DNA of 62,712 nt, filler included, from Stramenopiles sp. TOSAG23-2 (Eukaryota), in assembly GCA_900128395.1 (NCBI GenBank). It is 3 parts of 3 records of this genome, joined end to end, with 100 filler letters (N's around TTAATTAATTAA, not from the genome) between each part and the next. Parts side by side here need not be neighbours in the genome. Positions count along the whole stretch, not along the records: positions 1 to 30,468 come from LT649381.1; 2 more parts are not named here. One strand, given 5' to 3'. The notes under the pieces were generated by a model. The model made no database searches and was not told where the DNA came from. It saw only the letters and a program-made list of their open reading frames with translations. The position numbers and the translations under genes were made by a program. Positions 10,731 through 22,800 of the stretch are shown here, piece by piece. How positions within the stretch are numbered: the stretch's first letter is position 1; each line of letters opens with the position of its first letter.

Positions 10731-13700
10731 ATGATGGAGGATAAGAATAATAATAATAATAACCCTTCGAAGAATTTCCTTGGATTAGGCACGCCATTGA
10801 ATTTTTTCGGAACGACTGGTTCGCATTTTTTAGCTATTGAACGAACCATGCAAAAAATATTAAAACATAAGGAAGATTTGGAAATAGATATACAAAATAT
10901 AAAATCAAAGAAGAAATCGTCTCCACATGATAGTGATATAAGTATGTTTGAAATGAGAAAATCACATTTAGAGGTGAAAATAGAATTATTAAAAGAAATA
11001 CAAGATGCCTGTGAAAAACAATTAATAAAAGAAGCTGACTTACGACGAAAACAAGATAGAAAACATTTGGAAAGGCAACGCGAAATACACAGAAATGGGT
11101 TGGACCCATTTCTCGTACAAGAAGCGGCATTAGACAAGGAAACATGGGGTAGACATAGAGCTGAAATGCAAAAGAAAAAAGATCGTCAAAAAAAATGGGA
11201 AGCGGAAAGAAAAAAAAGGAGAAGACTTGCTGTGGAAGCTGCTGAAGAACTTGAAGATGATGATAATAATAATAATGATAATACATATGATAGAAATGGA
11301 AATAAAAAAAATAAAAAAATGAAAAGAAATAGTAGTAGCCGTAGTAATAATAATAATAATGGAAAAAGTAAATCAAGAGCTGTTACTACTACAAGCCAAA
11401 CAAGAGCAGTCCGTATCTCACGTAAAACTTCTTCGATGTTGACTGATAATAATTATACAAATTCAAGTAGTAGTGAAACTTATAAAATTTCCAAAAAATA
11501 TGATGATGATGGAAGTGATCTAAATTATCAAAATCGACAAAAAAATCAAAAAAGAAATTTTGCAGCACTTCCTGGCACAGATGGTGCAAAAGCAGCTGCT
11601 GCCATTGCTGTCAATAATAATAATAATAATAACGATAATAATAATAATAATAATGAGGAGGAGGAGGAGGAGGAGGACCAAGATGTATTAATTGCAGGTG
11701 CATTGCGTGTACCTGGTGATTTGTACGATAAATTATTTAATTATCAACAACATTGTGTTGGATGGATGTGGAATTTACATGTACAACATGTTGGAGGTAT
11801 ATTAGGCGATGAAATGGGCTTAGGAAAGACAATCCAAGTAATTGCATTTCTTGCAGGATTGCATCATTCTAATCTATTTAACTCTCCAACATTGATTTTA
11901 TGCCCAGCAACTGTTATGGTACAATGGTTGCAAGAAATACATAAATGGTATCCACCGTTTCGAGTATGGCTTTTACATCCAACAAGCAAGACATTGAATT
12001 TTAACTTATCAGATGAAGAAATGATTGATAAAGCATTTGAAGTTGGTAACATTGTCATCACAACGTATTCTACATTTCGCAGCAGACGGAGAATATTTTT
12101 AAATAGATCTTGGGGTTATGTTATTTGTGACGAAGGTCATAAAATTCGAAACCCCGATGCTGATATAACCATATGCTTAAAACAAATACGCACGGTGCAT
12201 CGATTATTATTAACAGGTGCGCCAATGCAAAATAATTTAAAAGAATTGTGGTCCTTATTTGATTTCGTATGCCCAGGTCGGATTGGAACACTGCCATTAT
12301 TTGAAGCGCAATTTATTGAACCAATTCGCAGAGGTGGATATGTAAATGCATCTAGAATGCACGTGCAAATGGCGTTTCGCTGTGCAACCGTATTAAGAGA
12401 CATTATGGAACCATATCTTTTACGACGTTTGAAAGAAGATGTGGCGAAACAGTTGCCAAAGAAAATTGAACGTGTGTTATTTTGTAAATTAACAAAAATA
12501 CAACGTATGTATTATTCAAGGTATTTGGAGTCAAGAGAGGTAAACGAAGTGTTAACAGGTGATCGAAGAAGTTTTAAAGCTATTACAGTACTGAGAAAAA
12601 TATGCAACCATGTTGATTTGCAAGATACACATTCCGATGATGTCACGAAAGAAAAAATACAATATGGCCAGAATTGGGAATCGTCGGGGAAAATGATTAT
12701 TTTAGATCAAGTTTTGACTAATTGGTTTAAAAATGGGGATAAAGCATTAATATTCTCACAAACGAAGCAAATGTTAGATATCATAGAAATATATATTAAT
12801 CACAAAGGTTACAATTATTTAAGAATGGATGGAGATACAACAATTGGAAAACGTTCTAGTCTAGTTGATAATTTCAATGACAATGAAAATATTTTTGTCT
12901 TTTTATTGACAACTAGGGTGGGCGGTTTAGGTTTAAATTTAATTGGTGCTAACAGAGTCATTTTGTTTGATCCAGATTGGAACCCAGCAGTCGATGTACA
13001 AGCGCGTGAACGTGTTTGGCGTATAGGTCAAAAACAAAACGTTACAATATATAGATTGATCACTAGCGGTACTATTGAAGAAAAGATGTACCATCGTCAA
13101 ATTTTTAAAATGTTTCTTGCAAATAAGATTTTAAAAGATCCCAGACAAAAGCGTTTTTTCAAGTCGCAAGATTTGTATGAACTATTTACGTTAGCACCTG
13201 AAGATGCATCAGGTGCGGGTACGGAAACTGGGCAAATATTTGGCCTTGGTAGTGAACAACTTGCCATAGAAGATGTAAGCGAAGATGATGATACTAGTAG
13301 CAGCGAGGAAGAGGATGATGATGATGATGACGGTGACGATGTCTTTACAACGGGTGTTGATGGTAAACGTATTAAAAGTATATTAAAGAAAAAGAAACGA
13401 GGCAGTAGTAGTAGTAGCAGCAGCAGCAGCAGTGGAAAAAATAAGAAAAAAAATAATGGTACTGGTGGAGATGAAGATGTCATGAAAGCATTGTGGAATG
13501 GATCAAAACTTTCCTCTGCATTTAATCATGATGTCATAGACAACAATGGAGCTTGGAATTCAAAGGGCGCTGCAGTTACTACGGCTCGAGCAGCTGTACG
13601 ATTTGCCAACACATCAAGAAATGCCTTGCGTCAATCTAGACTTGATGTTATGTCGGATACAAGATTTGCGCCAACGTGGACTGGTCGTCGTGGCGACAGA

Positions 13701-14438
13701 GGTGGACCAACCAATGGATCTAGTGGTAGTAGTAGTAGTAGTAGTAGCAGCAGCAGCACGCAACGCTTTGGAAATCGCCAAAATAGAGCGCTTTTACGAG
13801 CTGGTAACAATAGAAATCCAAATAACATATCTTCTTCCACTACTACTATCAACGGTAATTCATTTTCAAATGGTAGTCATTCAATTGATGCTACTTCTCG
13901 AATTATTGTTAACGCATCGCAATCATCAGCATTAACTTCAAATGATTTATTATCACGGTTTCAAAGTAGACAAGATGATCTTTCAATGTATGAGGATGAA
14001 TTGACAGATCCAGGATCATTGCCAAATTTTATCGATCCTGGTCGCACACGTCGTGGTCATCATAATAATGGCGGTAGTAACAACAATAGCAGTAGTGGTA
14101 ATGGTAATATGAATATGAGCAATAGCTCCAGTTCGTCACGTTCTACTACAAGATTAGTTAAAACGTCTGTTCGGAAATCCATCCATCGTAAAAAAGATGG
14201 ACTTGGATTTATGTTAGGCGTTAAACCATCAAATGCAGACAAAGAACGTCGAGAAAGAATGGGCGAGTTGAAGATTCAATTAAAGAAGTTTTTGAGTGAA
14301 CATGTTGGACGTTGTTCAACTGAATTAATATTGGCTCGATTCAGTCAATATGTAGATGAAAGTGAGAAAAGAGATTTTAAAAAGTTATTAAAAAATATGG
14401 CAGAAGTTCATGATGGATTTTGGCACTTAAAGCATTGA
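10731..14438 (+). CDS. ERCC6: CSB/ERCC6/Rad26 SNF2-family ATPase (transcription-coupled repair)
   Basis: GGILGDEMGLGKTIQ, DEGHKIRNP, LLTTRVGGLGLNLIGANRV, DPDWNP..D.QARER.WRIGQ, EEKMYHRQIFK, PRQKRFFK, PTWTG, and a C-terminal winged-helix-like ...FKKLLK...W.LK. Confidence 0.93.
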   Translation: MMEDKNNNNNNPSKNFLGLGTPLNFFGTTGSHFLAIERTMQKILKHKEDLEIDIQNIKSKKKSSPHDSDISMFEMRKSHLEVKIELLKEIQDACEKQLIKEADLRRKQDRKHLERQREIHRNGLDPFLVQEAALDKETWGRHRAEMQKKKDRQKKWEAERKKRRRLAVEAAEELEDDDNNNNDNTYDRNGNKKNKKMKRNSSSRSNNNNNGKSKSRAVTTTSQTRAVRISRKTSSMLTDNNYTNSSSSETYKISKKYDDDGSDLNYQNRQKNQKRNFAALPGTDGAKAAAAIAVNNNNNNNDNNNNNNEEEEEEEDQDVLIAGALRVPGDLYDKLFNYQQHCVGWMWNLHVQHVGGILGDEMGLGKTIQVIAFLAGLHHSNLFNSPTLILCPATVMVQWLQEIHKWYPPFRVWLLHPTSKTLNFNLSDEEMIDKAFEVGNIVITTYSTFRSRRRIFLNRSWGYVICDEGHKIRNPDADITICLKQIRTVHRLLLTGAPMQNNLKELWSLFDFVCPGRIGTLPLFEAQFIEPIRRGGYVNASRMHVQMAFRCATVLRDIMEPYLLRRLKEDVAKQLPKKIERVLFCKLTKIQRMYYSRYLESREVNEVLTGDRRSFKAITVLRKICNHVDLQDTHSDDVTKEKIQYGQNWESSGKMIILDQVLTNWFKNGDKALIFSQTKQMLDIIEIYINHKGYNYLRMDGDTTIGKRSSLVDNFNDNENIFVFLLTTRVGGLGLNLIGANRVILFDPDWNPAVDVQARERVWRIGQKQNVTIYRLITSGTIEEKMYHRQIFKMFLANKILKDPRQKRFFKSQDLYELFTLAPEDASGAGTETGQIFGLGSEQLAIEDVSEDDDTSSSEEEDDDDDDGDDVFTTGVDGKRIKSILKKKKRGSSSSSSSSSSGKNKKKNNGTGGDEDVMKALWNGSKLSSAFNHDVIDNNGAWNSKGAAVTTARAAVRFANTSRNALRQSRLDVMSDTRFAPTWTGRRGDRGGPTNGSSGSSSSSSSSSSTQRFGNRQNRALLRAGNNRNPNNISSSTTTINGNSFSNGSHSIDATSRIIVNASQSSALTSNDLLSRFQSRQDDLSMYEDELTDPGSLPNFIDPGRTRRGHHNNGGSNNNSSSGNGNMNMSNSSSSSRSTTRLVKTSVRKSIHRKKDGLGFMLGVKPSNADKERRERMGELKIQLKKFLSEHVGRCSTELILARFSQYVDESEKRDFKKLLKNMAEVHDGFWHLKH

Positions 14439-14641
14439 ATCAAAAGAAAATTTTAGGGAAATGTTTTATTGCGAGTGTGATGGTGTAAAAAATAAAAAGT
14501 TTTATGTACACAAACATGTATACATGCATCTATATATATCACACAACATGCTCGTCTTATGCCTATACACACGGATAATATGCATACACACGCAATTATT
14601 GTTTCTCGTATCATAAGCGCAATTTACATTTTCGCACGTAA

Positions 14642-14673
<32 letters not shown>

Positions 14674-14703
14674 CCTGGTCTTCATCTTGTTGTCTTAGTT
14701 AAA

Positions 14704-15537
14704 TCATTTATCTTTATTCTTTTTACTATTAACACTACATAAAAAATTTATACACATTTTCAAAATATACAAAAACCAATAAATGTTCAATAAACATGGC
14801 AAATAAATTGTCAAAGTTGATAAAAATCGTAACCAAAATGGTAAAGAGGAATGCTGATATGTATTTGATGCATATAATCCAAATAAAAGAAATGGCATAG
14901 TAAATATTCTCACAAATGTAAATGTAAATACAAATACAACAGTAGCTAAAAGCCACCCAAATTCTTTACCATAAATTGATCGTAAATACCACCTGATATG
15001 TATTAAAGGTGAGGAAAACTCAGTCGCGATAAAAAACAATAAGAAGAAATTTGCCAAGCCATAACAAATTGCAATAGGCCATACAACAATTGATATTAGA
15101 TGATGTACAATCATCATGAATTCGAATACTTCTTGAATTCTAAAATTATATAAATCCCAAACAAAATATCCAACACACATAGTTACTAAGAAGTTACAAT
15201 ATGTTTGTTCTTGTATTAAAAATACCTTTTCATATAAAGCGTCGTAATTAAATTTAATACAATGTTGTACTATTTCATACATTGTAGAATCATTAAATAA
15301 AGCATAAATTGCAGTAATTGAACCAAAGGCAGCATGAACAACACACACTAAATTAATTACAAACACATTTCGAAACCGTTTTGGCGTCAACTTACTGTCT
15401 TTATCAAATAATTCAGGTAGTTTTGGGATAGATATTTTCAACAATTGAAAAATACATTCAAACATTATAAAAAAAATAATAATCCTCGATATCACTACCG
15501 TTACATCGTTACTGGTTAACATGTATCGATAATCCAT
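14704..15537 (-). CDS. TLC (TRAM/LAG1/CLN8) domain membrane protein, TMEM56-like
   Basis: GYFVWDL, MIVHH, TEFSSPLIHIRW, FTFVRI, LNIYWF; multi-TM. First ATG at 15537. Confidence 0.85.
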   Translation of the reverse strand: MDYRYMLTSNDVTVVISRIIIFFIMFECIFQLLKISIPKLPELFDKDSKLTPKRFRNVFVINLVCVVHAAFGSITAIYALFNDSTMYEIVQHCIKFNYDALYEKVFLIQEQTYCNFLVTMCVGYFVWDLYNFRIQEVFEFMMIVHHLISIVVWPIAICYGLANFFLLFFIATEFSSPLIHIRWYLRSIYGKEFGWLLATVVFVFTFTFVRIFTMPFLLFGLYASNTYQHSSLPFWLRFLSTLTIYLPCLLNIYWFLYILKMCINFLCSVNSKKNKDK

Positions 15538-15666
15538 AATCTTATTGATAACGTTTCTGAACAATATTTTATTGATATTTGTTTTGCGTAAACAATATAT
15601 ATACTACCAAAATGTAAACAACACTACGAAAATAAGTTGTATTCTCTTGTCATACACAAGCGCATT

Positions 15667-15747
15667 CAACATACACACACACGCACATACAACATACGGA
15701 CACACACACACGCACATACAACATACGGACACACACACACGCATTCA
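15667..15747. repeat. CA-rich 29-bp minisatellite, about 3 copies
   Basis: caacatacggacacacacacacgca starts at 15690 and 15719, with a degenerate copy upstream. Confidence 0.85.
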
Positions 15748-15827
15748 CATTATTATATCTTGTTACGCACACGAATTAAAAGATAATGAATCTTTATACA
15801 AATCCTAAGTTTTAAATAATATCTTTT

Positions 15828-15907
15828 GGGCACTCCAGCCAGGCCCTGGGCACTCCAGCCAGGCCAGCACTCCAGCACTCGTGCACTCCTGGCACTCCCG
15901 GCACTTC
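15828..15907. repeat. GC-rich GCACTCC(AG) repeat cluster in divergent intergenic region
   Basis: gggcactccagccaggcc occurs twice (period 20), followed by further gcactc(c) units, all within AT-rich DNA. Confidence 0.8.
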
Positions 15908-16369
15908 TTCTTTGGCAAACTTATACTCGATTCCCTTCGTTCTTCCCTGCTGTGGCCTGCAATAATATGGAAATATAGTTTATTTCGGATTTATTTTAAT
16001 GAATTTATGTAGGTTGAATTATTTGTTATATTGTGATTTAGATTTTATATTCTATTATTATATGTTTTAGATAGTAATACTTTGTACTTAAAATAGATTT
16101 TAGTATAAAACTTGCCTGATTTAATAATTCTTATGATTTTTTTACTTAGTTGGAGTTTAAGCTGGATAAAAAATGTATAAAAAAAATTTAAAAATATTGT
16201 TATTATTTTCACAACATTAAAAAATGATGTGTAAATAATAATAAAACAAATACAAAGAATGAAAACAGTTTTTACAAATACACCAAGACCCCTAAACAAC
16301 AACAATATATAGTAACATTACATTGTTTTCTTGTTTTATTATTTTTTGACTGTAATACGAACGTAGACA

Positions 16370-17701
16370 ATGGAAATACATAACAAACGTCGTTACCTAA
16401 CATTTCTATTAATAATTGTTACTATATGTTTACCAATTGGATATAGTCAATACATTAATGTAGAAATTACTCGTAAATTTAATTTAACAAGTCATTCACC
16501 AGAAGTTAATATTGATGTATCTTTTCGTAAAACTTCGTCAACAACAATATCAAATAAAAGTCCATATTTAATTGCTATACGGACAAATGCATACCAGAAT
16601 ATAGCTTACATGAATGTATCATCCAATAATAATAATGAAATATTAGAAGTAAATGAATGTAGCGATGTAAGACCGGATGGGTATGAATTATATGAAGTAA
16701 AATATCATGATGATTTTGCGGCCGATATAACCACATTAAAAATTCATATGGTATTTGCTGACGTTTATGAATATTTGCCACAATCTATACAACAAGACGA
16801 CAATCAACTGGTTGTTTACAGCGATACTCGCATTTTTCCATCACCATATTTAACAGAAAAGCAGATAACAATAGTAACACTTTCTAGTCATCATATCGAA
16901 GAAGTGTCGGAAGACAACAATTTATCAATTGATGGTGATACTGTGACATATGGACCTTACATTAATGTCAAAGCCTATGGTGATAATAATAATAATAATA
17001 ACGCTGCTGGTGATGGAGGAAAACCATCAACAAATTACCATGAACCAATACGTATGCATTTTGAAAATAATAATCCATCAATATTTTCCAAAATTATCGA
17101 AAGTGAAATCAATATTTACAGTGAAACAAATGCCAATGTGAATTTTTTCGTTGAATTGGAAAATCATGGATCGAATTTGCAAGGTGGATTTTCTCGCTTA
17201 GATCATCAAATGCGACGTTTGGATTACGTTGGTCCATCATTTCAACAAATCCAATTTAAATTATTACGTTCATCTGTTAATGTAAAATGTAAAGATGATC
17301 TAGGCAATCTTACAAAATCCTATGTAGATTATAATACTACTAAACTAATTTTGGATACAAGGTATCCGTTGTTTGGTGGCTGGAAAACTGATTTTACGAT
17401 CAATTATGATGTTAAATTGACAAACGAAATTGTTGACAATGATCATAATAAAAAAGTATTAATTATTGATTTTTCCCCACCAATATCCAATGGAATAGTT
17501 AAACATTTTGTTTACACAATTACATTTAAAAATGGTTTTGTTGGTAAAAATATGAGATCGTTAAATAAGTTTGTGCAAGTTGATAAGTATTATATGAATG
17601 AAAGAAATGAGTTTGTATTGAAATTATCGAATGTAAATAAAATAGCTGGTGGTATGGTTTATCATCAAAATAAATATTTTGTACATGTGAGTTATCAATG
17701 A
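16370..17701 (+). CDS. RPN1: Ribophorin I (OST subunit 1)-like protein lacking the C-terminal TM helix
   Basis: Signal peptide; P.SIQQ...QLVVY, SPYLT.KQ, YGPY, HFENNNP, GGFSRLD, D.LGN and RYPLFGGWKT.F motifs. Confidence 0.85.
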   Translation: MEIHNKRRYLTFLLIIVTICLPIGYSQYINVEITRKFNLTSHSPEVNIDVSFRKTSSTTISNKSPYLIAIRTNAYQNIAYMNVSSNNNNEILEVNECSDVRPDGYELYEVKYHDDFAADITTLKIHMVFADVYEYLPQSIQQDDNQLVVYSDTRIFPSPYLTEKQITIVTLSSHHIEEVSEDNNLSIDGDTVTYGPYINVKAYGDNNNNNNAAGDGGKPSTNYHEPIRMHFENNNPSIFSKIIESEINIYSETNANVNFFVELENHGSNLQGGFSRLDHQMRRLDYVGPSFQQIQFKLLRSSVNVKCKDDLGNLTKSYVDYNTTKLILDTRYPLFGGWKTDFTINYDVKLTNEIVDNDHNKKVLIIDFSPPISNGIVKHFVYTITFKNGFVGKNMRSLNKFVQVDKYYMNERNEFVLKLSNVNKIAGGMVYHQNKYFVHVSYQ

Positions 17702-17854
17702 GACGACTAGAGCGTATATAATCTAGTATAATAGTATCATACTAGTATCATAAATGCATATATATTTAAAAATATTTTTTATCAGTACAAAATGAATATA
17801 AATATTAGCGACACTACTGCTTCGGTATTTACGTGAGACAAAATATAACTAAAA

Positions 17855-18877
17855 TTAAAGACGATTTATTCCACTAGGAGCTTCAGGAAATTCGCCTTTC
17901 TTTTTACTGCTGCTGCTGCTACTACTACTATCACCACATACTGCTAATAGCTTATCAATTGCTGGTTCTGCAGGTTTCCCCGTCATCATCCCCGTTTTCT
18001 TCTTTTTTTTCTTCATCATTTTCAAATCATATTCTTTATTCCATTTTTTAACAAACGCATTAAATTTCTCTTTTGGTAATGGTTTTTGATTCAATGCTCT
18101 ATTATTACTATTGAATGTATTTTTAAAGGCTTCATATGCTGATTTTGGCAACGGTGTTGGCAATTTCTTGCCAATTTTCACATATTCTTCCATATCACGA
18201 CGAAATACTTTTCTAAATTCATTTAATGGTACATCATTTAATTTGAACTTTTCCCATGGATTTCCACTACTACGTGCACAGTTTCTTTTATGAGAATGAC
18301 TTATCATCGCTTCCAAACATTTTGTTAACGAATAATAAGACTTTTTCCTAAATACCAATTTACAATACGTTCCATAGGGACATAATATAATTTGAGCTTT
18401 ATAATTTTTGTACGGGCCACCTCTTGGACCAACTCTTGCGGTAAAGACAGTATTTTTATCAATTTGACAATATCGACGAATAGTCTCAATAAATTCGAAC
18501 TGATAGGCATATTTACGGTCAAATCGTATAGCACCATCTTCTTTAATATAATTAAAATTAAAAACGGTACGAAGAAACTTTTCACTAGAATCTAGATTTT
18601 TTGGTTGGTCAGGATCGCTCCTATACCTTTTCTTAGTGCTTTTTTTTTTGTTCTCAATATTCTTCTTCTTGTTCTTCTTGTATGCGGTTGTTGCTGTCAT
18701 CTTTTTCGTTTGCTTTTTCTTGTTGCCTTTGCCAGCATGGTCTTTCTTCTTTGCAGTATCTGATCCTCCAATAGCAAAAATATTTGTTAATATACTTGCA
18801 ACTAATTGCTCTTTTTCTGCATCGGGTACATTTTTCTCTTTCTTCATGATGCTTTTATTTCCTTTTGTTTTCTTCAT
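17855..18877 (-). CDS. Lysine-rich nuclear protein with possible RAMA-like domain
   Basis: 340-aa ATG ORF. Central YKAQIIL...KSYYSLT...SGNPWEKFKLNDVPLNEFRK segment is flanked by basic low-complexity tails. Confidence 0.6.
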   Translation of the reverse strand: MKKTKGNKSIMKKEKNVPDAEKEQLVASILTNIFAIGGSDTAKKKDHAGKGNKKKQTKKMTATTAYKKNKKKNIENKKKSTKKRYRSDPDQPKNLDSSEKFLRTVFNFNYIKEDGAIRFDRKYAYQFEFIETIRRYCQIDKNTVFTARVGPRGGPYKNYKAQIILCPYGTYCKLVFRKKSYYSLTKCLEAMISHSHKRNCARSSGNPWEKFKLNDVPLNEFRKVFRRDMEEYVKIGKKLPTPLPKSAYEAFKNTFNSNNRALNQKPLPKEKFNAFVKKWNKEYDLKMMKKKKKKTGMMTGKPAEPAIDKLLAVCGDSSSSSSSSKKKGEFPEAPSGINRL

Positions 18878-19844
18878 GACTTTGTATAATTTATTATTTC
18901 TCTGTATGTATCTGTATCTGTATGATATTTTCTATTTTTTTTTATTTCAGTAGATATATATATATTCATTTATTCAATAGTAAATAGTGTTATTATTCTT
19001 TTTTTATAATAATCTTTTGGAGAAGTGAGACATGCACTACAATAGCATTGTTTAAAATAAAATCCAATGAGGCTTTTCCTCATTATTTTTAGTAGCTCTA
19101 GTTTTATACAGGGCGACGCTATTGACATGCTAAACGCCTTTTCTTCCAAATTCCGCCATCAGCTTCTTGTGCTCTTCCAAATTCCGACATCAGCTTATTT
19201 TTAGTGGAATATTTTACAACCTTTCCATACCAGCATACGACTTTTCTCCCTGGTTATAATGTTACAGTATAATACTTTTGCACTTCACACGCGGCACCAA
19301 ATGGAAAACGATTTTGCTTTGTTGATTAACGCGAGGACTGCCATGCTATTCGCCTGTAAAACGAAGTAATGGCGAAAGAAAAATTGATTTCCACAGAAAG
19401 TTGTAGATGAAAAATGAATTTCGGGATCTGTGATATCTAGATACTATAACTAGTATAGCTATTTGATAATATTATTATTATATGGAAATTAAGGATATGC
19501 ACATATGAATGAATATTTTTGTATGTTTTAATATTCTAATTTCCCTTTCAAGTATAAATTATTGGTCATTTGATTGGAAGATAAAAATGATATGAGTAAA
19601 TATCTGATAATCTAATACCTTAAAACCTCTGGTTTCGGATACATACAGAAAAAAAACACCAACAAACAAACAAAGCAATAATAGTTGCAATAATAAAAAT
19701 AATGAATGGTATATTACTTCAATTACAATCAATTTATATTCAAACCAAGAATCGTAATCTCTGCGTGTTTTGTTTCCTCTTTATCTCTACCTATTTTTCT
19801 TTTATTTTTTAATTCATTTTACCGTATGATATTTATATTCCATC

Positions 19845-22800
19845 ATGACATCAATATTAAACCAAACCAAAAAGATCAATAAAGCACATGTAAAAAAAAA
19901 AGAATCCAGGCATACTATTGAATTAACTACACAAATTGTTAATGTTGATATTTTTAAAGATGTTGGTGATTTAAATGTCAACGGGGAAATTGAAAAAGAA
20001 TTAACGAAACGTGAAAAATCATTTATCGTTTGGACCGTTGTGCAGATTATATGTCTGATCTACAATATCATATTTACTCCAATTCAAATATGTTACTTTA
20101 GATACAATATTGGTGCAGATAATTTTTTATTTATGCATGTTTGTGATTATATAGTAGATTTTTTATGTGCTTTGGATATTTATTTTCGAGTGAACAACAA
20201 TATGAACAGCAAAAAGAATATAAATACCAATAGCAAAACAAACAAATTATTAAGATACAACGATCGGTTTAGTTTTATAATCGACATTTTTGCAACTATT
20301 CCTTTTGAACTTATTGGCTTGTTATTCAATATCCAAGGAGATTTTTCATTCGCACTTTTACGACTTAATCGTCTATTGCGACTATTTCGTCTGAAAAGAT
20401 ACGATGTAACAGATTTTTTAAAAGATGGTGAAACTATAGATATATCATTTGAACGAATGTTTTATTTATTTTCTTTCATGTTTCTATGTGCACATTATTT
20501 TGGATGTTTATTTTATTTTTCTGCTTTATATGTAGCTAGAACATATCCAAATGCACATACATGGCCAGAAATGGATGGTTTGTGGGAAATTCAACATAAA
20601 TATCAAAATAATCTTATTCATAATAATAACACAATGGTAATGGTATTAAATACAAGTACATCAATACATGAACAAAATACAACATCAGCATCATTATATT
20701 TATTAAATACAGAAAAATGTATTGGTGGATATATGAGTACCCATATGTTATTTAATAGCAACAATGAAAACAGCAACCCGTTGATTTTATGCTTTTTAGC
20801 AGATCTGATAACAAGATATTGGAGATCACAATATTGGGCAATAATAACGATGGTCACAATCGGCTTAGGCGATATTGTTCCGATTTCTTCCATTGAAATT
20901 GCTATATGTATTTTATCCCTTTATGTTGGCATGAATATCACTGCAGCTGCTGTTGGTAATTTAAGTATATATATCCAAAAAGCAGATTTGAAGGCTACTT
21001 CATTTCAAAAGGAATTAGATCAAGTCAATCAATATTTGCAATATAGAGAATTATCGAAAGAGGTTCGGTTGAAAATTAGAGAATTTTTGACATATACGTA
21101 TGATGCTGCATATGTAGATCCAGATATATCAAAACTTATAGCAAAGCTTCCAGTGGCTACGCAAACGAATATATTATATTACGATTCGATTAAGCTGTTG
21201 CAAAACAAACGATTACCACTTGATTTTATATATCAATTAGTTATAAATTTAGATAAGAAATTTTTTTCACCAAATGATAGTGTATGCCAAGAAGATCATG
21301 TGTGTGAAAAAGCATATTTATTATATGAAGGTGTTGCAAATTTATATATACACGATTTAGCCGTACGGCGTATAATTGTTGGTGATTTTTTCGGGCACGA
21401 TATATTTTTAACTTCAAAAAGAGAAGAGAAGGAAGACATTGATACGGAGAAACCAGATGATCGGAAGAAGGATGATGAGGAGAAAAAAGATGTGGATGAT
21501 AATGATGAGGATTTGGATGATGATGAGGAGGATGACAATATTCTTCGGTGGAGTTATACAATAAGAGCAAAAACATATTGTTACTTTTTTACGATTGATA
21601 TAGACACATACAGAGAAAAAGTATGGAATCAACTTAATGCTAATGTGAAAAAAGTTGTACAGAAGACGATTAAACATGGCGCAACAGAATTTTCCAATAT
21701 TAATAGACAACAATCAATGACATCATTGACATTAAGAAGCTTTAAACAAGAGAGCAAGACTTTTAGCCCGGATAGCACGTTTCGAAATGTTTGGAATATT
21801 TTGTCTTTTGTAGGTATTGCATATAATGCATTTAGTGTCCCGCTTGGACTTGCATTTATTTTTGATGATCGGTGGAAAGGTATATCTTTCTTTTCAGTAC
21901 TTGTTGATATTTTTTTCATTGTTGAAATACTTTTAAATTTATATGTATTTCAAGTTTGGGATAAAAAAACAGGTTTAGTACAAAGTGATTCTAAATATTT
22001 AAAAACACATTATATAAACGAAGGGTCATTTTATGTAGATTTCATATCAGCTTTGCCATTAGATTTTTTCGCTTTGATTCCAATTTTTCCAGGTGTAAAT
22101 ACATTGCCATTATTTCGTTTAAACAAAGTTGTACGACTGTCTCATTTGTATGAATATTTCACATGGGTGGAAACGTTTTTTATAAATTATCGTGGATATC
22201 TATCAACCCCTGCAAGGCGCTTCACTCGTTTATATTATGTATTAATCTTGGCATGTCATTACCTGGCGTGTGGTTTTTTATTAGTTGCAAAATGGGAAAT
22301 TCATAATGACAGTTCAACAAAGACATGGATAACGGTGGATGCAAATGATTCAAACCGTTTGATTAATCCAAATTCTGAAAAGGGGATGGTAGGATACTTA
22401 CGAGCTGTATACTTCACTTTGGTTGGAGCATCAACAGTTGGATATGGTGATATTGTTCCTGTAACGTTAGCTGAAACAGTTTATGTCACCGTTACTATGT
22501 TATTCGCTGGTTTGTTAAAACCAGCTATTGTTGGTGGATTGGCATCTTTAATTTTTTCATTATTTCTTGAACAAAAAGCAAAAAAGATTAAATCCAGGCG
22601 CGTCTCTTCTGCGAAATCTGTATACAACAAGGATACACAGCATTTGGTAGATGAAGAAAAATTTATTGCACGTTTATCCCCATCATTAGCACTTGCTGTT
22701 TTAGAGCAAAACATTGGGAAAATTGTACGAGAAATACCTTTTTTATCATCTTGTTCTGAGAATTTCATAGAAAATTTATTGTCCTCGTTCCACCCAGAAT

